DNA from: Gemmatimonadaceae bacterium
Lineage (GTDB): Bacteria > Gemmatimonadota > Gemmatimonadetes > Gemmatimonadales > Gemmatimonadaceae
Reading direction: 5' to 3'
Assembly (NCBI GenBank): GCA_039918615.1
Contig: JBDSHG010000024.1
Span: 7,795 to 71,794 of the forward strand
DNA length: 64,000 nucleotides
How positions within the stretch are numbered: position 1 is the first letter of the stretch; each line of letters begins with the position of its first letter. A model generated the notes under the pieces. That model worked only from the letters and a program-made list of their open reading frames with translations. It was not told the DNA's origin and did no database searches. A program made the position numbers and the translations under genes. Positions 60,805 to 64,000 of this stretch are shown here, one piece after another.

Positions 60805-61292
60805 CCGCAGCGTGCCGTGTACTCCTCGCGACTGTCGCGACAGTGCTCGTAGTCGCCTCGCCGGCGCGCGCGCAGGCCCATGCGCAGCGCGTGGAGCCTG
60901 AGCTCCGCCTCGACGCTATCCTCTCGCACAGGAGCGTCCTCCAGGCCGCCCTCGGCGCCGACATCCCGATCTCGCCAGCCATGCACCTCGAGCTCGCCGC
61001 CGGCGCGGGACCATCGCTCGGCGAGCGCTCGGTGAACGGCGCGAACGTCAGCGCGCGCGGCGATGTCATCGTCCACTTCCTGATCGATCCGCAACACCGC
61101 ATGCGCTGGTCACCCTACGCTGGCGGCGGCATTGGCGCGCGCTACGATCGCGGCCCCGGTGACGACTGGCGTGCTGTCGCGATCATTGTGGCCGGAGTGA
61201 ACGCGCCGAAGTGGAAACACGCGGTGCCGTTCATCGAGGTGGGGCTGGGCGGCGGCTTCCGGATCGGCGCCGGACTTCGACGCGCGCAGTAG
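60801..61292 (+). CDS. hypothetical outer-membrane/secreted beta-rich protein
   Basis: ATG overlaps the pgsA stop (ATGA). Signal peptide MTAACRVLLATVATVLVVASPARAQA. Gly-rich beta-strand pattern. Confidence 0.5.
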   Translation: MTAACRVLLATVATVLVVASPARAQAHAQRVEPELRLDAILSHRSVLQAALGADIPISPAMHLELAAGAGPSLGERSVNGANVSARGDVIVHFLIDPQHRMRWSPYAGGGIGARYDRGPGDDWRAVAIIVAGVNAPKWKHAVPFIEVGLGGGFRIGAGLRRAQ

Positions 61293-61364
61293 CGTCGCCC
61301 GGATAAACGAAGCCCCCACGCCTAAGCGGAGGGGCGGTGTTTCAAACTTCAGGTACTTCGGAGA

Positions 61365-61649
61365 TCAGGCTGCGGTCGCTGCGTCGGCGGGCTCACTCTC
61401 GATTCGCGACTTCGGCGGCTGCGAGAAACGAAGGCCCAGCGTTCGGAGCTCGGTCAGCTCCTCCTTCGTCAGCTCGTGATAGCGATCCCCAAGGTACGCC
61501 ATTGTTTCGTTGAACCACTCTTCCTGGTGCTCTGGAGTCGCCTGCGGCACTCCGCACCGAATCACCTGCTGGAACATCTCATCTCGTGCTTGTTCGAACG
61601 GCGTTGGAACGCTCACTTCTTTGCGTCGGGTTCTAATGTTGTTGGCCAT
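61365..61649 (-). CDS. small hypothetical protein
   Basis: 94-aa ORF with normal composition (MANNIRTRRKEVSVPTPFEQARDEMFQQVIRCGVPQATPEHQEEWFNETMAYLGDRYHELTKEEL). No motif recognised. Confidence 0.45.
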   Translation of the reverse strand: MANNIRTRRKEVSVPTPFEQARDEMFQQVIRCGVPQATPEHQEEWFNETMAYLGDRYHELTKEELTELRTLGLRFSQPPKSRIESEPADAATAA

Positions 61650-61766
61650 GCATCCTGTTGGGTGTGGAAGTCCTGCAAATATAACGGTTTTCGCTCTGTC
61701 TTTCCACTAAAAGGCGCCGTAATTCATGCGGTAAGTGCACTAGCAGAGCGCATCGTTCCAGCCGCG

Positions 61767-62525
61767 TCAGACCACTCGCCGAACGAGCTCATCGATCAAT
61801 TGCGTCAACGTGTCGGGTGACTCCTCGGGGACGAGTCGAGCCACACCTGGCAACTTGACCAGCACGCTCCCCGGGATCGCTCCCTGGAGTCGCTCGCCCA
61901 TGCCGCTGTCGAGCCACTGATCGGCCTCCCCCCAGACTATTGTCGTCGGCACCGCGATGGTCTTGAGCGCGAGATCGGCGACGTCCTCTGCCCGCAGCGC
62001 CCTTGCGACCGCGAGGAGGTGCGTAACCCCCTCGGAGCCCACGTACGGTGCCAGATAGCGGGCCACGAGCCTCGCCGGCATGCGCTCCCGGTCAGCCACG
62101 CTCCCCTCCAGCACCCGCCTGAGCAGCTGCGCGGCGCCAAGCATCCCCTGCGTCAGCCGGAAGGCGACGCGCGCCGTCTCGCGCTGGACGACCTTCACGT
62201 CGCGCGCCGGGCATTCTTCGAAGCCCACGCTGTTGATCAGCATGAGCGCGCTCACGCGAGTTGGCCTCGTCACCGCGAGCCGCTGCGCGACGCCACCTCC
62301 CGCGTCGATCCCGACCACCACCGCGCGAGGAATCCTCAGCGCCGTCAGCACCCGGTCGATGTGCTCTGCCTGCGCCGCGATCGAATAGTCGCCGTCGAGC
62401 GGACGGTCCGACTCGCCGTAGCCGAGCAGGTCGAGGGCGAGCGCGGTGTGCCCCGACTCGGCAAGACGCGGCGCGATCGCGCGCCACAGAAAGCTCGATG
62501 TCGGGAAGCCGTGGACGAGCAGCAC
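61767..62525 (-). CDS. alpha/beta hydrolase (haloalkane-dehalogenase/epoxide-hydrolase-like, Asp nucleophile); N-terminus problematic
   Basis: LLVHGFPTSSFLWRAIAPRL, nucleophile elbow VVGIDAGGGVA, C-terminal GEADQW. Family-typical N-terminal strands ILRIPAGGGALHVERFGHGGHP continue in frame upstream of the track GTG 62525, but no ATG/GTG/TTG precedes them before the in-frame TAG at 62637-62639. Confidence 0.7.
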   Translation of the reverse strand: MLLVHGFPTSSFLWRAIAPRLAESGHTALALDLLGYGESDRPLDGDYSIAAQAEHIDRVLTALRIPRAVVVGIDAGGGVAQRLAVTRPTRVSALMLINSVGFEECPARDVKVVQRETARVAFRLTQGMLGAAQLLRRVLEGSVADRERMPARLVARYLAPYVGSEGVTHLLAVARALRAEDVADLALKTIAVPTTIVWGEADQWLDSGMGERLQGAIPGSVLVKLPGVARLVPEESPDTLTQLIDELVRRVV

Positions 62526-62751
62526 CGGGTGACCGCCGTGTCCGAATCGCTCGACGTGCAGGGCGCCGCCGCCGGCCGGTATTCGGAGGATGTCGGCTTG
62601 GATGTGTGGCTCCGAATGCGTGGGTGAAAGAGAAAACTACAGCTTCCGCGAGTTGCTTGCGCAACATCGGACTCCCGGTAGCTTTCGGGAATTCCAGAGC
62701 GACGCGCGGAACGGCCGTGTGTGCGGGCCGTGCACCACACGAGGCAGCAGC

Positions 62752-63057
62752 ATGTCGGATTCAGAAGAAACGTACGACGACAAACGGGCGCGCAAGCTCG
62801 AGGCACTCTTGCGCGAGCTGGCCGCGCGCATCGGTGAGCTGGACACGCGCGGCGAGCTCCTTGGCTATGCCGGTGAGCTGACCAAGCGCATCGGAGACAT
62901 TCGCAGCGAGCTGTTTCATTACGAAGTGCGCGCTACATACGACACGCCCGATATCGCGGAAAACCGCCGCATCGTGGACGACGCCCAAAAGAGAAGCGAG
63001 AGCCAATGGCAGACAAAGGAGTGGACGGCGGACGAGGACGACGACCCGGCGTGGTGA
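62752..63057 (+). CDS. small acidic hypothetical protein
   Basis: ATG 62752 in ORF 62590..63057. MSDSEETYDDKRARKLEALLRELAARIGELDTRGELL... helical, acidic C-terminus. Confidence 0.45.
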   Translation: MSDSEETYDDKRARKLEALLRELAARIGELDTRGELLGYAGELTKRIGDIRSELFHYEVRATYDTPDIAENRRIVDDAQKRSESQWQTKEWTADEDDDPAW

Positions 63058-63803
63058 CGAAGTCGCGCGGAAACTCCGCGCAGCGCTTCTACGTCGTGCT
63101 CGCGCTCGTGGTCGTCGCAGGTGCGCTGCTCATCGTCCGCGCCGCGCGCGCGCCGCGTGTGCGCGCGAACGTCACCACCGCGCCCATCACCCCCGCGACG
63201 GCCGAGGGTTACCTGCTCGGCAATCCGAACGCGCCGGTGCAGATCATGGAGTTCGCGGACTTCGAGTGTCCGGCGTGCGGCAACTTCTCCGTCATCACCG
63301 AGCCGGACGTCCGCGCGCGAATCGTGAATACGGGGCTCGCGAGCTATCGCTTCTTCGACTATCCGCTCCCGATGCACAAGAACACGATGGCGGCATCGAA
63401 TGCTGCCGCGTGCGCCGCGGATCAGGGGAAGTTCTGGGAGATGCACGACGCGCTCTTCCGCAATCAGCCCGAGTGGAACGGCGAAGCGACCGACAATCCG
63501 AAGAAGATGTTCATGGGCTACGCGAAGGAGCTCAATCTCAACTCGGACACCTTCGAGAAGTGCCTCGACGCGCAGACGCACCAGCCGCGCATTCTCGCCA
63601 ACCAGGCCGAGGGCCAGCGCAGAAAGGTGCAGTCGACGCCGACGTTCGTGATCGGCACGCGCATGATCCCGGGCGCGATGAGCTACGACGTGTTCAAGGC
63701 GTACGTCGACAGCGCGACGAAGGAAGCGCCGGCGGCGAAGGCAGCGCCTGCGGTTCCAGCGTCGCCGAAGGTTGATACCGCCGCAAAGAAGATCATGCAG
63801 TGA
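63051..63803 (+). CDS. DsbA-family thiol:disulfide oxidoreductase, membrane-anchored
   Basis: GTG 63051 overlaps the previous stop. TM FYVVLALVVVAGALLIV. Active site FADFECPACGNF. FWEMHDALF, STPTFVIG. Confidence 0.85.
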   Translation: MVTKSRGNSAQRFYVVLALVVVAGALLIVRAARAPRVRANVTTAPITPATAEGYLLGNPNAPVQIMEFADFECPACGNFSVITEPDVRARIVNTGLASYRFFDYPLPMHKNTMAASNAAACAADQGKFWEMHDALFRNQPEWNGEATDNPKKMFMGYAKELNLNSDTFEKCLDAQTHQPRILANQAEGQRRKVQSTPTFVIGTRMIPGAMSYDVFKAYVDSATKEAPAAKAAPAVPASPKVDTAAKKIMQ

Positions 63804-64000
63804 CGCGTCGTCAGCTGCTCGTGCTGCTGGCGGTGGTCGGCGTCGGCATCGCGCTCTATCTGACGCTTTACAAAGTGGGCGTGATCGGTGTCCTGAGCTG
63901 CTCGATCGGCTCGTGCGAGACCGTGAACACGAGCAAGTGGTCCGTGCTCCTCGGCATTCCGATCGCCGCGTGGGGGCTCGCGGCGTACGTCGCGCTCCTC
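63800..64000 (+). CDS. vitamin K epoxide reductase (VKOR) family protein, 5' part only (runs off window)
   Basis: Not in the track. GTG 63800 overlaps the DsbA stop (GTGA). My translation is VTRRQLLVLLAVVGVGIALYLTLYKVGVIGVLSCSIGSCETVNTSKWSVLLGIPIAAWGLAAYVALL, showing the CxxxxC loop pair plus the S.w...lGiP motif of VKOR. Confidence 0.7.
   Translation, partial: MTRRQLLVLLAVVGVGIALYLTLYKVGVIGVLSCSIGSCETVNTSKWSVLLGIPIAAWGLAAYVALL

Noticed and set aside
1-64000. Scan for tRNA, rRNA, riboswitch-like leaders, IS elements, integrases and known defence-system genes.
   Set aside because: I could recognise no T-loop (GGTTCGA-type) or anticodon-arm architecture, no rRNA-like segments, no transposase or integrase motifs, and no nuclease/helicase/methylase defence cassette. 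The only mobile-type module is the decayed higBA pair.

Overview
This is a dense, very GC-rich bacterial chromosomal window with about 70 supportable genes. There are no rRNA or tRNA genes, no CRISPR array and no transposase. Many long ORFs in the supplied track are antisense or out-of-frame shadow ORFs (Arg/Ala/Gly/Pro-rich) that overlap recognisable genes. Several track ORFs are real only in their 3' part. Track start residues shown as M are often GTG or TTG.

Firm calls:
- rpsD, RecQ-family helicase, MscS channel, aguA/aguB (agmatine to putrescine), aconitase A, PEP carboxylase.
- ArsR plus an SRPBCC protein, MATE efflux pump, LuxR-type two-component pair, M16/M20/M28 peptidases, psuG, pgsA, and DsbA plus VKOR.

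Most interesting content:
1. A seven-gene lipid locus at 33474-40212, built from two divergent, translationally coupled operons. It encodes a serine-palmitoyltransferase-like alpha-oxoamine synthase, an unknown protein, a DAG/ceramide-kinase-family lipid kinase and a Zn-ADH on one side. On the other side are a PlsC-type acyltransferase, a Tam41/Mmp37-like cytidylyltransferase and a CDP-alcohol phosphatidyltransferase. I read this as a candidate undescribed route to a phospho-sphingolipid or aminolipid, possibly through a CDP-activated intermediate. This is inference only.
2. A complete serine-cycle module in one block: glycerate 2-kinase divergent from sga-mcl-mtkA-mtkB-hprA-ppc.
3. Oddities: a patatin-ferredoxin fusion; an AdoMetDC-fold protein without the canonical Glu-Ser cleavage site, in an operon with a cNMP-binding protein and a large membrane protein; and a secreted peroxiredoxin translationally coupled to a sensor-less histidine kinase.
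4. Further oddities: an ice-binding-like (DUF3494) lipoprotein; four decayed genes (frameshifted HigB-like toxin, internally deleted serine hydrolase, multicopper-oxidase stub, start-less alpha/beta hydrolase); and a small recurring intergenic hairpin element.

All family assignments come from my reading of motifs in the translations. No database search was run.
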